Virus record (IMG/VR): IMGVR_UViG_3300010052_000208
Coordinates: 1-60,510 of that record
Reading direction: 5' to 3' (one strand)
Length of the DNA: 60,510 nt
Source of the DNA: a virus
Lineage: Duplodnaviria > Caudoviricetes
Both the position numbers and the translations under genes were made by a program. Positions 35,899 through 45,826 of the stretch are shown here, one piece after another (within the stretch, counting starts at the first letter, position 1; every line of letters begins with the position of its first letter). The notes below the pieces were generated by a model that saw nothing but the letters and a program-made list of their open reading frames with translations, ran no database searches and was not told where the DNA came from.

Positions 35899-37608
35899 AT
35901 GAGGCATGTTCCCCTGATCCCGCGCTCCGGGGCGTCGATGGAGGCGAAGGCCGTCGATTTCTCGTCCGAGATGTGGACCGCGATCAATGGCGGCTGGGGC
36001 CTGCCCACGAAGTCAGGCGCGCAGGTCTCGGCAACGAACTCGCTGCAGGTCACGCCGTATCACCGCGGAATCCTCGTGATCGCAGAGGGCATCGCGCAGC
36101 TCCCGATCGAGCTGCACCGCCGTGTCGACAAGGGAACCGAGCCGGCAGTCGATCACCCCGCCTATGATGTGCTGCTGCACCGCGCCAACAACCTGCAGGA
36201 CGCCTTTCAGTTCTGGCGCACCACGCTGATGCACGCCGCCGGCGCCGGCAATGGTGTCTCGTACAAGGTGGTCGTCAACGGCCAGCTTCGCGAGTTGATC
36301 CCGGTGCGGCCGGAATGCGCCTCGATCAATCTGCCGAACCGCTTCAACATGGTCACCTACGACCTGACCTTCGAAGGCGGCGAGTTCGTCACTGTCAGCG
36401 CCGACCAAGTACTGCACATCGCGGGCCCGTCGTGGGCGCAATACAAGGGTCTGGATCCGTCCGTCATTGGCCGCGAGGCGATCGGACTGGCGAAAACGAC
36501 CGAGGAATCGCACGCCAGGCTGCATTCCAACGGCGCGCGCCCAAGCGGTGCGCTCGAATCCGATCAGAGGCTTAACAAGGCTCAGATCGACCTGCTGCGG
36601 GAGCAATGGCAGCAGAGCTACGGCGGTGTCGGCAACGTTGGCAAGACGCCGATCCTGGCGGGCGGCCTGAAATGGAAGCAGATCGAGCAGAGCGGTGTCG
36701 ACTCCGAGCACCTCGACACCCGGAAGTACCAGATTGAGGAGATCGCGCGGCTACTTGGCGTGTTCCCGATTATGCTCGGGCACGCCGGCGATCAGTCGCC
36801 GACCTTCGCCAGCGCCGATGCCTTCCTCGAGGCGCACGTCCGGTACACGCTGCAGCCGTGGATCAAGGCGGTTCGCTCCGCAATCGAGACCCAGATTCTT
36901 TCCAAGGAGGAGCGCGCCGCCGGCTACTATTGCCGGATCGACACCTCCGAGCTGCTGCGCGGATCGCTCAAGGACCGCACCGAGTATTACAAGGCCGCGC
37001 TTGGAACGAATTCGTCGCCGGGCTGGCTGAAGCCAAACGAGGTCCGCGAGGACGACGGCTGGAATCCCGACGACGACGCGAAGATGGACGAAGTCTGGCA
37101 GCCTGCAACGATGGCGCCTGCGGGACAGCCGCAGCCCCCGCCTGCAGAGGCCAAGAGCTCGACGCCGCGCTCGCTCTACATCTGCAGGAAGCTGCTCAAC
37201 TCGGCCGAATTCCTGAAGTGGGCGAAGGCCCAAGGCTTCAAGTCGACGCTCGCGGCCGACGATCTGCATGTCACGGTCTGCTACAGCCGCGCGGCCGTGG
37301 ACTGGATGTCGATCGGCGAGACATGGAGCGGTGACCGCAAGGGCAACCTGCTGATCGCGCCCGGCGGGCCTCGCGTGGTCGAGAAGATCGGTTCCGAGGG
37401 CGCTGTCGCGCTGAAGTTCGCGTCGACCGACCTTTCGTGGCGTCACATGGCTATCCGTGAGGCCGGTGCATCATGGGATCATCATGATTACCAGCCGCAC
37501 GTCACGATCACCTACGATGCCGGCGACGTCGACCTCGAACAGGTCGAGCCGTACCGGGGCGAGCTTCGCTTCGGGCCGGAGATTTTTTCTGAAATCGACG
37601 AAAACTAG
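35899..37608 (+). CDS. HK97-type portal fused to C-terminal 2H phosphoesterase (Acb1-like)
   Basis: Portal motifs IAQLP, NGARPSG, EEIAR, PNEVR; then LHVTVCYS and PHVTITY. Confidence 0.9.
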   Translation: MRHVPLIPRSGASMEAKAVDFSSEMWTAINGGWGLPTKSGAQVSATNSLQVTPYHRGILVIAEGIAQLPIELHRRVDKGTEPAVDHPAYDVLLHRANNLQDAFQFWRTTLMHAAGAGNGVSYKVVVNGQLRELIPVRPECASINLPNRFNMVTYDLTFEGGEFVTVSADQVLHIAGPSWAQYKGLDPSVIGREAIGLAKTTEESHARLHSNGARPSGALESDQRLNKAQIDLLREQWQQSYGGVGNVGKTPILAGGLKWKQIEQSGVDSEHLDTRKYQIEEIARLLGVFPIMLGHAGDQSPTFASADAFLEAHVRYTLQPWIKAVRSAIETQILSKEERAAGYYCRIDTSELLRGSLKDRTEYYKAALGTNSSPGWLKPNEVREDDGWNPDDDAKMDEVWQPATMAPAGQPQPPPAEAKSSTPRSLYICRKLLNSAEFLKWAKAQGFKSTLAADDLHVTVCYSRAAVDWMSIGETWSGDRKGNLLIAPGGPRVVEKIGSEGAVALKFASTDLSWRHMAIREAGASWDHHDYQPHVTITYDAGDVDLEQVEPYRGELRFGPEIFSEIDEN

Positions 37609-37646
37609 AAACCGCGCCGACAAGCGGGCAACGCGGAGTGACAAGG

Positions 37647-38372
37647 ATGGAAATCGGCCACGTCGGCGCGCCCTTCGAGGTAAAATTCGCTGAAGGTGAA
37701 GGGGCGGCGCCAGGCACGTTCGAGGGCTATGGCGCCGTCTTCGGCAACATCGATGACCATGGCGACGTCATCGAGCCCGGTGCTTTCGCTAAGTCCCTGC
37801 TCGAGCGCAAGCGCGACCGCTTCTCGCTGCCGCCCATGTACAAGATGCACGGCAAGATGACGGGCAACCGTCACGAGCCGATCGGCGTCTGGGATCACAT
37901 GGAGGAAGACACGAACGGCCTGCATGTGAAGGGTCGTCTGGTCGGCCTCGACACCGAACAGGGCAAGTGGAATCTCGCGCAGCTGAAAGAAGGGGCTCTC
38001 AAGGGCCTCTCTATCGGCTACCGCATTCCCGCCGGCGGCTCGAAGCGTGGTTCTGGTCGCGGCGGCGAGCCGGCGCGCTGGATCAAGGCAGCGCACCTCA
38101 CCGAGGTATCGCTCGTCGACGATCCTTCGAATGCGCTCGCCCGCGTCTACGTCATGAAATCGCTCGCCGGCGGCGAGCCGGCGGACGAGATCAAGACCAT
38201 TCGTGAATTCGAGGACTTCCTACGGGATGTAGGCGGTTTCTCGCATGCCGCCGCCAAGGCCATCGCCGCTGGCGGCTTCAAGTCTGCTGAACTGGACCCT
38301 CGGGATGAGGACAGGGAAAGCGCCGTCGCGGCCGTCATCGATGACGCCGTAAAACGCATCCGGGGTCGCTGA
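37647..38372 (+). CDS. HK97-family prohead protease
   Basis: FEGYGAVFGNID..GD.I..GAF, GLSIGY, EVSLV. Confidence 0.93.
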   Translation: MEIGHVGAPFEVKFAEGEGAAPGTFEGYGAVFGNIDDHGDVIEPGAFAKSLLERKRDRFSLPPMYKMHGKMTGNRHEPIGVWDHMEEDTNGLHVKGRLVGLDTEQGKWNLAQLKEGALKGLSIGYRIPAGGSKRGSGRGGEPARWIKAAHLTEVSLVDDPSNALARVYVMKSLAGGEPADEIKTIREFEDFLRDVGGFSHAAAKAIAAGGFKSAELDPRDEDRESAVAAVIDDAVKRIRGR

Positions 38373-38397
38373 ACCCCATCACCCGAAAGAGGGAAAA

Positions 38398-39831
38398 ATG
38401 AAGAACCTTGGCATCTTTGCGGTACTGGGCGCGATCGCGCTCGTCGCCGTTGCCGCGCTGGCGCCTGACGCCATCGCAGCTGTTCACCACATCATCACCT
38501 CGCCGCCATCAGGTGGGCTCATGATCGCCTCCGCCGCCGCGGCCGCGATCGATCCCGAGGAATTGAAGAAGGCGGTCAGCCCGATCATGACCGCGTTCGA
38601 AGAGTTCAAGGCGACGAACGACAACCGGCTGAAGGAACTGGAAAAGAAGGGGGCCGCTGACGTCCTCACCGAGGAGAAGCTCACCCGTATCGAGAGCACG
38701 CTTTCCGGCTATGAAGGTCTCAATCAGAAGCTGACGCTCGCCGAGCAGCAGGCCAAGGCGGCGAAGGAAGTGGCAGATCGTATCGAGGTCGCCATGGCAA
38801 GGCTGCCGGCCGACGTCCGCGCCCGCCAGGACGGAGTCGAAGCCAAGGTGCTCCACGGCAAGTGGGCTCGCTCGGTTGTGTTCGCGCACGCCGTCGGTAT
38901 TCCGAACCTCGGCGAAGAGGAACGGAAGATCCTGGCCGACGTCGCCGCAGAGGCCAAGGCTCTCTCGATCACCCCCGACGCTGCCGGCGGCTATCTGGCG
39001 CCGACGGAATATGTCCGCGAGATCATCAAGGGCATTACGCTGTCTAGCCCGGTGCGCGGGCTGGTTCGTATCCGCAACACGGCCGCGAAGTCGGTTGAGC
39101 TGCCGAAGCGCACCGGCCAGTTCGCTGCCCGCCGCACCACGGAACAGAGCACCCGCACCGAAACCACGGGCCTTGCCTACGGTCTCGAAGAGGTGGCGGT
39201 CCCCGAGGGCTATGCGCTGATCGACATCTCCAACCAGATGCTGGAGGACAGCGCCTTCGACATGGAGGCGGAGATCCGCGGTGAGGCTTCCGAGCAGTTC
39301 GCCGTCAAGGAGGGCGCCGAGTTCGTCTCCGGCTCCGGCATCGGCGAAATGGAAGGTATCCTCACCAACGCCAGCGTCGGCGAGAACAACTCGGGCACCG
39401 CTGCCACGATCGCCGACTCCGATGGCCAGGCCAACGGCTTGCTGACCCTCAAGTATGCGATCAAGTCCGGGTATGCGCGTAACGCGACCTGGATCATGAA
39501 CCGCACCACGATGGGTTCGGTCCGCAAGCTCAAGGATGCCCAGAAGAACTACATCTGGATGCCTGGCATCCAGAACGGGCAGCCGAACACCATCGACGGC
39601 GATCCCTATGCCGAGTTCCCCGACATGCCGAACGAGGGTGCCGGCCTCTACCCGATAGCCTATGGCGACTTCCGCCGCGCCTACACGATGATCGACCGCA
39701 TCGTGATGGAGATGCTGCGCGATCCCTATACGCAGGCCACCGCCGGCAACATCCGCTTCATCTTCCGCAAGCGGTGGGGCGGCAAGGTTGTGCTGGCCGA
39801 GGCCATCCGCAAGCTGAAGTGCTCGACCTGA
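38398..39831 (+). CDS. HK97-fold major capsid protein with hydrophobic N-terminal extension
   Basis: Coiled-coil delta domain, GGYL.P, ISNQMLEDS, GDFRRAY, RDPY. Confidence 0.95.
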   Translation: MKNLGIFAVLGAIALVAVAALAPDAIAAVHHIITSPPSGGLMIASAAAAAIDPEELKKAVSPIMTAFEEFKATNDNRLKELEKKGAADVLTEEKLTRIESTLSGYEGLNQKLTLAEQQAKAAKEVADRIEVAMARLPADVRARQDGVEAKVLHGKWARSVVFAHAVGIPNLGEEERKILADVAAEAKALSITPDAAGGYLAPTEYVREIIKGITLSSPVRGLVRIRNTAAKSVELPKRTGQFAARRTTEQSTRTETTGLAYGLEEVAVPEGYALIDISNQMLEDSAFDMEAEIRGEASEQFAVKEGAEFVSGSGIGEMEGILTNASVGENNSGTAATIADSDGQANGLLTLKYAIKSGYARNATWIMNRTTMGSVRKLKDAQKNYIWMPGIQNGQPNTIDGDPYAEFPDMPNEGAGLYPIAYGDFRRAYTMIDRIVMEMLRDPYTQATAGNIRFIFRKRWGGKVVLAEAIRKLKCST

Positions 39832-39864
39832 CCTGATCGACTGATCCGGCTCCTGGAGCTCTTG

Positions 39865-39902
39865 CGGCGCCCGCGCAACCCAACGCGCGGGCGTCGGCCT
39901 TT
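39865..39902 (+). terminator. Possible intrinsic terminator after capsid gene
   Basis: GGCGCCCGCGC / GCGCGGGCGTC stem followed by a short T-run. Confidence 0.45.
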
Positions 39903-39940
39903 CACCCATCCCCGAATCCAGTCCATCACGGAGAACCACA

Positions 39941-40366
39941 ATGGACGATCTGTACAGCGGGCTGAATATTACCCGCGCAATCCCGCCGGTCGCCGTTGGC
40001 ACGACCGGCACCGGTCAGGCCGGCAAGATCATCGACCGCAAGGGCTATATCGGGCCCGTGCTGTTCGACATCGGTTACGGTGCGATCACAGCCACCGCCG
40101 CCGTATTTACCGTCACGGTGAAGGAAGGCGACACCACCGGCGCCATGACGTCCGCCGCGGACGCTGATCTCATCGGCACCGAGGCGGCCGCCGGCATCGC
40201 CGCCGGCACACCGCGGACTTCCAACGTCAACAAGCTTGTCACCAAGAAGATCGGCTACAAGGGCGGCAAGCGGTACGTGCAGTGCAGCGTCAAGTCGACG
40301 GCTACCGCGGGCACTCCCGTGGCGGTGAACGCTATCCAGCAGGCCGCTTCCAAGCCGGCTTCCTGA
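39941..40366 (+). CDS. Probable head decoration protein
   Basis: Follows MCP; GYKGGKRYV motif. Confidence 0.6.
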   Translation: MDDLYSGLNITRAIPPVAVGTTGTGQAGKIIDRKGYIGPVLFDIGYGAITATAAVFTVTVKEGDTTGAMTSAADADLIGTEAAAGIAAGTPRTSNVNKLVTKKIGYKGGKRYVQCSVKSTATAGTPVAVNAIQQAASKPAS

Positions 40367-40429
40367 TCTAACGCCGGGCCGACACCCGGCAACTTCTTCC
40401 CCTGTCCGACAGCAGGAATCTTCCACACA

Positions 40430-41767
40430 ATGACCGAACTCCGAGGCGACCAGGCCCTGACGCGTCTGCTTGAATATTCAGACATCCGCACCGTCATCGA
40501 CCTTGGCAGCGGCGATGGCGCCCATGCTGCAGTCATGAGAGAGGCCGGCCGCGAAGTCACGGCGATCTCGCTCATTGAGCCAGCCGATATCGTTGGCGAC
40601 TTCATGGCATGGGATTCGGATCGCACCGATTTCGATGCTGTCTGGGCCTGTCATGTGCTTGAGCATCAGGTCGACCCTGGCTCTTTCCTCAGGGAATGCC
40701 GGCGTCGACTGCGTCCGGGCGGCTATCTTGCCGTAACGGTCCCGCCTCTGAAGCATCAGGTGGTCGGGGGCCACGTCGCTCTCTGGAACGCCGGCACCCT
40801 GCTCTATCATCTCATCATGGCTGGGTTCGACTGCCGCAACGCGCGGGTGGGAACCTACGGCTACAACATCTCGGTCATCGTACAGAACGTCGAGGCGTCG
40901 CTCCCAGATCTGCACTTCGATTTTGGTGATGTAGAGCGGCTCGCAGGTTTCTTTCCGGTGCCGGTGGCGCACGGCTTTGACGGAAGGCTCCCCAACATCC
41001 GCTGGGGCGGTGACGCCGGACCCCACGATCACCACCGTTCCTACGTACCGCGTCACGTCTGCATCCTTGGCCTCGGGCCGTCGCTCGAGGCCTACGTCGA
41101 CCAGGCTAAGCGGCTCGGCGGACGGCATGCATTCGCGGACGAGATCTGGGGCATCAACGCCGTTGGTGGCCTGATCCAGTGCGACCGCGTCTTCCACATG
41201 GACGACGTCCGGGTACAGATGGCGCGAGCCGCGGCCGCACCGGAGAGCAACATCGCCCGCATGCTGGACTGGATGCGGGTCCATCCGGGCCCGATCTATA
41301 CCAGCCGGGCTCACCCTGATTTCCCGGGGCTCGTCGAGTTCCCCCTTGAGGCGGTCATCAACAGCTGCGGCTGGTCGTATTTCAACAGCACCGCTGCCTA
41401 TGCGGTCGCCTATGCGGCCTACATCGGGGTGGAGCAGCTCAGCCTCTTCGGCTTCGACTTCACCTATTCGGACAGCCACAAGGCCGAGAAGGGTCGCGCC
41501 TGCGTCGAGTTCCATCTCGGGATCGCGGTCTCGCGCGGGATGAAGATCGGGTTCCCCGGCAACACCTCGCTGCTGGATTCGAACGCACCGTTCAACGAGC
41601 GGGTCTACGGCTATGACACCGTCGACCTCGACTTCCAGGGTGACGGCGACGGCCCGATCAAGGTGGTGATGACGCCGCACGATCGAGTGCCCGAAGCGGC
41701 CGAGATCGAGGCCCGATACGACCATTCGAAACATCCGAACCGCATCGTTGCGGCCGGCCAACAGTAG
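40430..41767 (+). CDS. Class I SAM methyltransferase fused to Maf/CstII(GT42)-like domain
   Basis: IDLGSGDG, CHVLEH, LRPGG; then ILGLGPS, WGIN, STAAYAVAYA..IG...LSLFGFDF. Confidence 0.72.
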   Translation: MTELRGDQALTRLLEYSDIRTVIDLGSGDGAHAAVMREAGREVTAISLIEPADIVGDFMAWDSDRTDFDAVWACHVLEHQVDPGSFLRECRRRLRPGGYLAVTVPPLKHQVVGGHVALWNAGTLLYHLIMAGFDCRNARVGTYGYNISVIVQNVEASLPDLHFDFGDVERLAGFFPVPVAHGFDGRLPNIRWGGDAGPHDHHRSYVPRHVCILGLGPSLEAYVDQAKRLGGRHAFADEIWGINAVGGLIQCDRVFHMDDVRVQMARAAAAPESNIARMLDWMRVHPGPIYTSRAHPDFPGLVEFPLEAVINSCGWSYFNSTAAYAVAYAAYIGVEQLSLFGFDFTYSDSHKAEKGRACVEFHLGIAVSRGMKIGFPGNTSLLDSNAPFNERVYGYDTVDLDFQGDGDGPIKVVMTPHDRVPEAAEIEARYDHSKHPNRIVAAGQQ

Positions 41768-41779
41768 GAGACCCCTGCC

Positions 41780-42316
41780 ATGTCGAAAGTTGCAGTTGAC
41801 GTCCTGAAGACCACTCGCGTTGCTGACGAGGCGGCGCCGATCTACGGCCGCGAGATCGTTGCTGGCACGACCGACCAGGTGCCTGAGGCGCTATTCGCTG
41901 ACCTGAAAAAGGAAGGCTACGTCATCGAGGCTGGCGCTGAGCATCCGCGCCTGGATGGCCCCACGATCGCCGAATGGGTCGACGCCGGTTACCCGGCTTC
42001 CAAATATCCGCCGAAGGGTTTTGCGCCGCAGAGCTCGGCCGAAGAGATCGCAGAAGCGATCGAGGCTGAGAAGGCCAAGGGCGCCGGCGGTGGTGGGAAC
42101 GGTGGCGACGGCAACGACGACGACGAAGCCAAGCGGAATTCCGAGGAAGCCGCAAAGCTGAAAGAGGCTATGGAAGCGGAGCTTGGCGCAATGACCGTCG
42201 CGCAGCTGAAGGATCTCGCCAAGGCCGAGAACGTGACTCTCACGGCTGAAGACAACCGCAAGGACGAGATCATCGCCAGAATCGTCGAGGCACGTCTGGC
42301 CGCGCCGACGGCCTGA
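41780..42316 (+). CDS. Hypothetical virion-region protein with C-terminal HeH/SAP-like motif
   Basis: MTVAQLKDLAK...RKDEIIARI. Confidence 0.6.
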   Translation: MSKVAVDVLKTTRVADEAAPIYGREIVAGTTDQVPEALFADLKKEGYVIEAGAEHPRLDGPTIAEWVDAGYPASKYPPKGFAPQSSAEEIAEAIEAEKAKGAGGGGNGGDGNDDDEAKRNSEEAAKLKEAMEAELGAMTVAQLKDLAKAENVTLTAEDNRKDEIIARIVEARLAAPTA

Positions 42317-42369
42317 TCTAGCAACCGCCGCGGGCGCAACGCGGCTCTCCCCTCGTCGAGGTTTCGGCC

Positions 42370-43038
42370 ATGCGATCAACCTTGGTAGTAACGACGCCAG
42401 CCGAAGACACCGCGCTGGCGTCGATCGAGACCATGCGCGTAGCCGCCGGCCTTGCCGCCGACGATAGCAGCCGTGACGCCCAGCTGACCTCTTTGGCGCT
42501 TCGCCTCTCGGCCGAGATCGTGAACGCATGTTCCGTTGTGGCCGCCAGCGGCGCTCCCCCTACCCTTCGCCAGGAGCGCTTGACCGAGACCTTTTTCCCG
42601 AAGGGCCAGTCGGTCGGAACGCTGGTGCTCAGCCGGCGCCACGAGGTCGCGATTGTCAGCGTTACGGAGGACGACGACGCACTCACGCTCGACGCCGAGG
42701 CGATCGACGTCGAGTCCGGGTTGCTGGACCGTCTGATCGATGGGACTTCATCGCAGTGGTGCGCCAGCAAGATAGTGGTGGTCTACGACGCCGGGTTCGG
42801 TGACGAAATCCCGCCGGATCTCGAAGGTTGTGTCGGCGATCTCGCGAGAATCCGGCTATCGGAAGCCGCCGCCGATCCGCTTGCCAAGGCGGTCACCATC
42901 GAAATCCCCGGCGTTGAGACCGTCCGAACCGATCGCTGGGTCGGCGGCTACCCCGGGCAGGCATCCAGCAAGAACACGACCGGCCTGCCGCCGGAGATTA
43001 TGGCCAGGCTTGGTCGATATACGAACCAGTGGGTGTGA
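42370..43038 (+). CDS. Head-tail adaptor
   Basis: L.VTTPA....LAS N-terminus, VVYDAGF; position. Confidence 0.7.
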   Translation: MRSTLVVTTPAEDTALASIETMRVAAGLAADDSSRDAQLTSLALRLSAEIVNACSVVAASGAPPTLRQERLTETFFPKGQSVGTLVLSRRHEVAIVSVTEDDDALTLDAEAIDVESGLLDRLIDGTSSQWCASKIVVVYDAGFGDEIPPDLEGCVGDLARIRLSEAAADPLAKAVTIEIPGVETVRTDRWVGGYPGQASSKNTTGLPPEIMARLGRYTNQWV

Positions 43039-43044
43039 GAACCG

Positions 43045-43446
43045 ATGACCCCAGCGATCTATTCCCTTGGTGATTTCCAGATCACCGCGGCAGGCACCGT
43101 TGTCGGCGACGTCGTCTCCGGTCTCGCAGGCGTTGCCCAAATAGATGCCCAGCTCCGCTTTGCCTACGGCTCCGGAGGAACCACGGCGAAAGCCTACCTG
43201 CAGACCTCGCTGGATCAGGGCACTACGTGGTTCGACCTCTGGTGTTTCGCTGCAGCTCAGGCCAGCAAGACGAGAATCCGCGCGCTGATCCCCGCGGCTG
43301 GGGAGGTGGCGCCAGTCGATGCAGCCCTCGCCGACGATACCGTTGCAGCCGGCATCGTGCTCGGGGACCGGTTCCGGCTGAAGCTGGTCTCCGTGGGCGT
43401 CTACGCGGGCAACACGCTGCTCAGTGCCAGGCTGCACGCCCGGTGA
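43045..43446 (+). CDS. Hypothetical structural protein
   Basis: Beta-rich, LQTSLDQGTTWFD. Confidence 0.6.
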   Translation: MTPAIYSLGDFQITAAGTVVGDVVSGLAGVAQIDAQLRFAYGSGGTTAKAYLQTSLDQGTTWFDLWCFAAAQASKTRIRALIPAAGEVAPVDAALADDTVAAGIVLGDRFRLKLVSVGVYAGNTLLSARLHAR

Positions 43447-43802
43447 GGTTGGATGACAGCGCCGAGGGCCGGATTGCCCGGCTCGACGCTTCCCTCGCCC
43501 GCAGAGGCCAGGACATCACGGTACGCAGGCTCACGCTAGGGCCCGGCGGCCTGCAGATACCGTTCGACGCCGAAGGCGTTAGAGCCAGAGTCCGCGCGGC
43601 TGCAGACGACGAGCTGATCGCCAACATCGCGCAGCAGCAGTGGATCGTTATCCTGAGCCCGACCGGCCTATCGGCTTTTCCGCTGCCGCTGCGCAAGGGC
43701 GACAAGGCCGTGATCGACGGCGCCGCCAAGAATGTCGAGCTTGTGAAACCTTTCCTTGTCGACGGCACGCTGGTGCGGATCGAATTGACGGTGTTTGGAT
43801 GA
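43443..43802 (+). CDS. Probable head closure protein
   Basis: Position and size. Confidence 0.55.
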   Translation: MRLDDSAEGRIARLDASLARRGQDITVRRLTLGPGGLQIPFDAEGVRARVRAAADDELIANIAQQQWIVILSPTGLSAFPLPLRKGDKAVIDGAAKNVELVKPFLVDGTLVRIELTVFG

Positions 43803-43989
43803 TCGTAAATCGCACGGTTCTGCAGGAATTCCAGTATGCCGGCGTCGACGGACGGACACCGCGCAAGATGAAAGCAGGCCGAACCTATCCGTTCGACGCC
43901 GACCATGCTGCCAGGTTTGAGCAGGAAGGCTATCTCGAAACCCCGGTCGACGAGAAGGTCGCCAAGGCGAAGCGGACCCGCAAGGCCAA

Positions 43990-44436
43990 ATGACGACCGT
44001 TTCACAGGCTCGCGCCGTTGTCCGGTCGCGGATCGAGGCCAACATCACTTCGGTCCCGCTGCGCTGGCAAAATGAGGATGGCGGCCCGCTGGCCGACGTT
44101 CCTGAGCCATTCGTCTATGTCGAGTTCAACACGGAACGCGGGTCGATCGCCGGGTTCGGTGGCGGCCGAGGGAACAATCTTTACCGCAACCCGGCGCGCA
44201 TCGAGGCATATGTCTTCGTGCCGAAGGGCTCGGGGCTAGACCAAGCCGAGAGCCTCGCGGAACAGATCGCCGCGCTGTTCCGGTCCTATCGTGACGCCGA
44301 CATCTCCTGCTTCGACGCCACGGTATACCCGGGCGGCGACGGGGCGGCGCTGACCCCGCCGGGCTTGTCGTCAGAGGTCGGAAATTACTTCTGGGCTGGC
44401 GTCGAAATCAGCCTCCACTTCGATCAGATCGGCTGA
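43990..44436 (+). CDS. Probable tail terminator
   Basis: Precedes tail tube; VFVPKGSG motif. Confidence 0.6.
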   Translation: MTTVSQARAVVRSRIEANITSVPLRWQNEDGGPLADVPEPFVYVEFNTERGSIAGFGGGRGNNLYRNPARIEAYVFVPKGSGLDQAESLAEQIAALFRSYRDADISCFDATVYPGGDGAALTPPGLSSEVGNYFWAGVEISLHFDQIG

Positions 44437-44466
44437 TCGCGCCTTCCAACTTGATGGAGAACCACC

Positions 44467-45717
44467 ATGTCGCTCGCTGAAGGCGTGGCCGCACGCATCG
44501 CATACAAGTTCTACTCCGACGCCGCTATCATTCCGGGCGTGGAACCGGCTGCCGGCACCGATCCCGGCGCATCCGGCGCGCAGATCCTGCGCCGTGTCGG
44601 TTCGACGCTGGCCTTGTCGAAGGACACTTACCAGTCCGGCGAAATTCGCTCCGATCGGCAGATCGCGGACTTCCGCCACGGCGTCCGCCGCGTGTCGGGC
44701 AACATTTCGGGCGAGCTTTCCCCGCTGACCTATGCGGACTTCTTCGAAGCGGCTTTCCGTGGCACCTGGTCTGCGTCTGCTGTCACCAAGAGCAACAGCG
44801 AGTTGACTTCCGTCGCGGCGGATAATGCGACGAGCAAGTTCACCTTCGGCGGCGGCAATCCGGTTACCGAAGGCCTGCGCGTCGGCATGGTCATGCGCTT
44901 CACTAACCTGTCGGAAGCGGCCAACAACAGCCGGAATTTCGTTATCCTGTCGTTCGGCGGCGCCAGCAACCGCGAGGTCACCGTCTACCCGGCGCCGACG
45001 GACATGGGCGCGGACTCCGCATTCAACGTTGCCACGGTCGGTCGCCAGTTGATCGTTCCGTCGACCGGCCATGTCAGCCGCAAGGTGGCCGTCGAAATCT
45101 ACAACGAGGATGTCGACGTCGCCCGGCTGTTCACCGAAAACCGCGTCGGCAGCTTCAACGTCCAACTCCCGGCCTCGGGCATGTCGACGGTCGAGTTCGG
45201 CATGCTCGGCCGCAACATGGAGATCTACGAGGACGGCGCGGCGCCATTCTTCACTTCGCCGACCGCCGCCACCACAACGGGCCTCTTGGCGGCCGTGAAC
45301 GGGCTCCTGCGCATCGGTGGCGACACCGTGGCTGTGGTGACCGCGGCGAATATCCAGATGGACCTTTCGCCTTCCGCTGATCCGGTTGTCGGTTCCAACC
45401 TTGTGCCGGAAATCTTCCTCGGCCGCGCCAACGTCACCGGCCAGATGACCGCGTTCTTCGAAAACCCGGACCTGATCAACGACTTCATCAACGAGACCGA
45501 GATTGAATTCCTCGCCTATCTGACGGCCAGCAACGATGCCGCCGCCCAGGCGATGACGTTTTACCTGCCCCGCATCAAGCTTGGCGGCGCCGATCTGCAG
45601 ACGGCAGGCGAAGGAGGCCAGTCGATCACACTGCCGTTCCAGGCGCTCAAATATGAGGGCGCGGCGGCTGGCGTCGAGCAGACCACGGTCCAGATTTTCG
45701 ACACGCAGGTTAGCTAA
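44467..45717 (+). CDS. Tail tube (major tail) protein
   Basis: S.EIRSDRQ..RHG...V.G.I..ELS pattern; position. Confidence 0.8.
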   Translation: MSLAEGVAARIAYKFYSDAAIIPGVEPAAGTDPGASGAQILRRVGSTLALSKDTYQSGEIRSDRQIADFRHGVRRVSGNISGELSPLTYADFFEAAFRGTWSASAVTKSNSELTSVAADNATSKFTFGGGNPVTEGLRVGMVMRFTNLSEAANNSRNFVILSFGGASNREVTVYPAPTDMGADSAFNVATVGRQLIVPSTGHVSRKVAVEIYNEDVDVARLFTENRVGSFNVQLPASGMSTVEFGMLGRNMEIYEDGAAPFFTSPTAATTTGLLAAVNGLLRIGGDTVAVVTAANIQMDLSPSADPVVGSNLVPEIFLGRANVTGQMTAFFENPDLINDFINETEIEFLAYLTASNDAAAQAMTFYLPRIKLGGADLQTAGEGGQSITLPFQALKYEGAAAGVEQTTVQIFDTQVS

Positions 45718-45826
45718 TCCGCCCCGACAGGCGGCTAGAAATCCGGTGCCTCGTCGCCCGGATTGTTCGCGAACAGGTGGGCGGCATGTCGGTGCCGTCC
45801 ACCATTCCTCCGACAAGGATTTCGAC

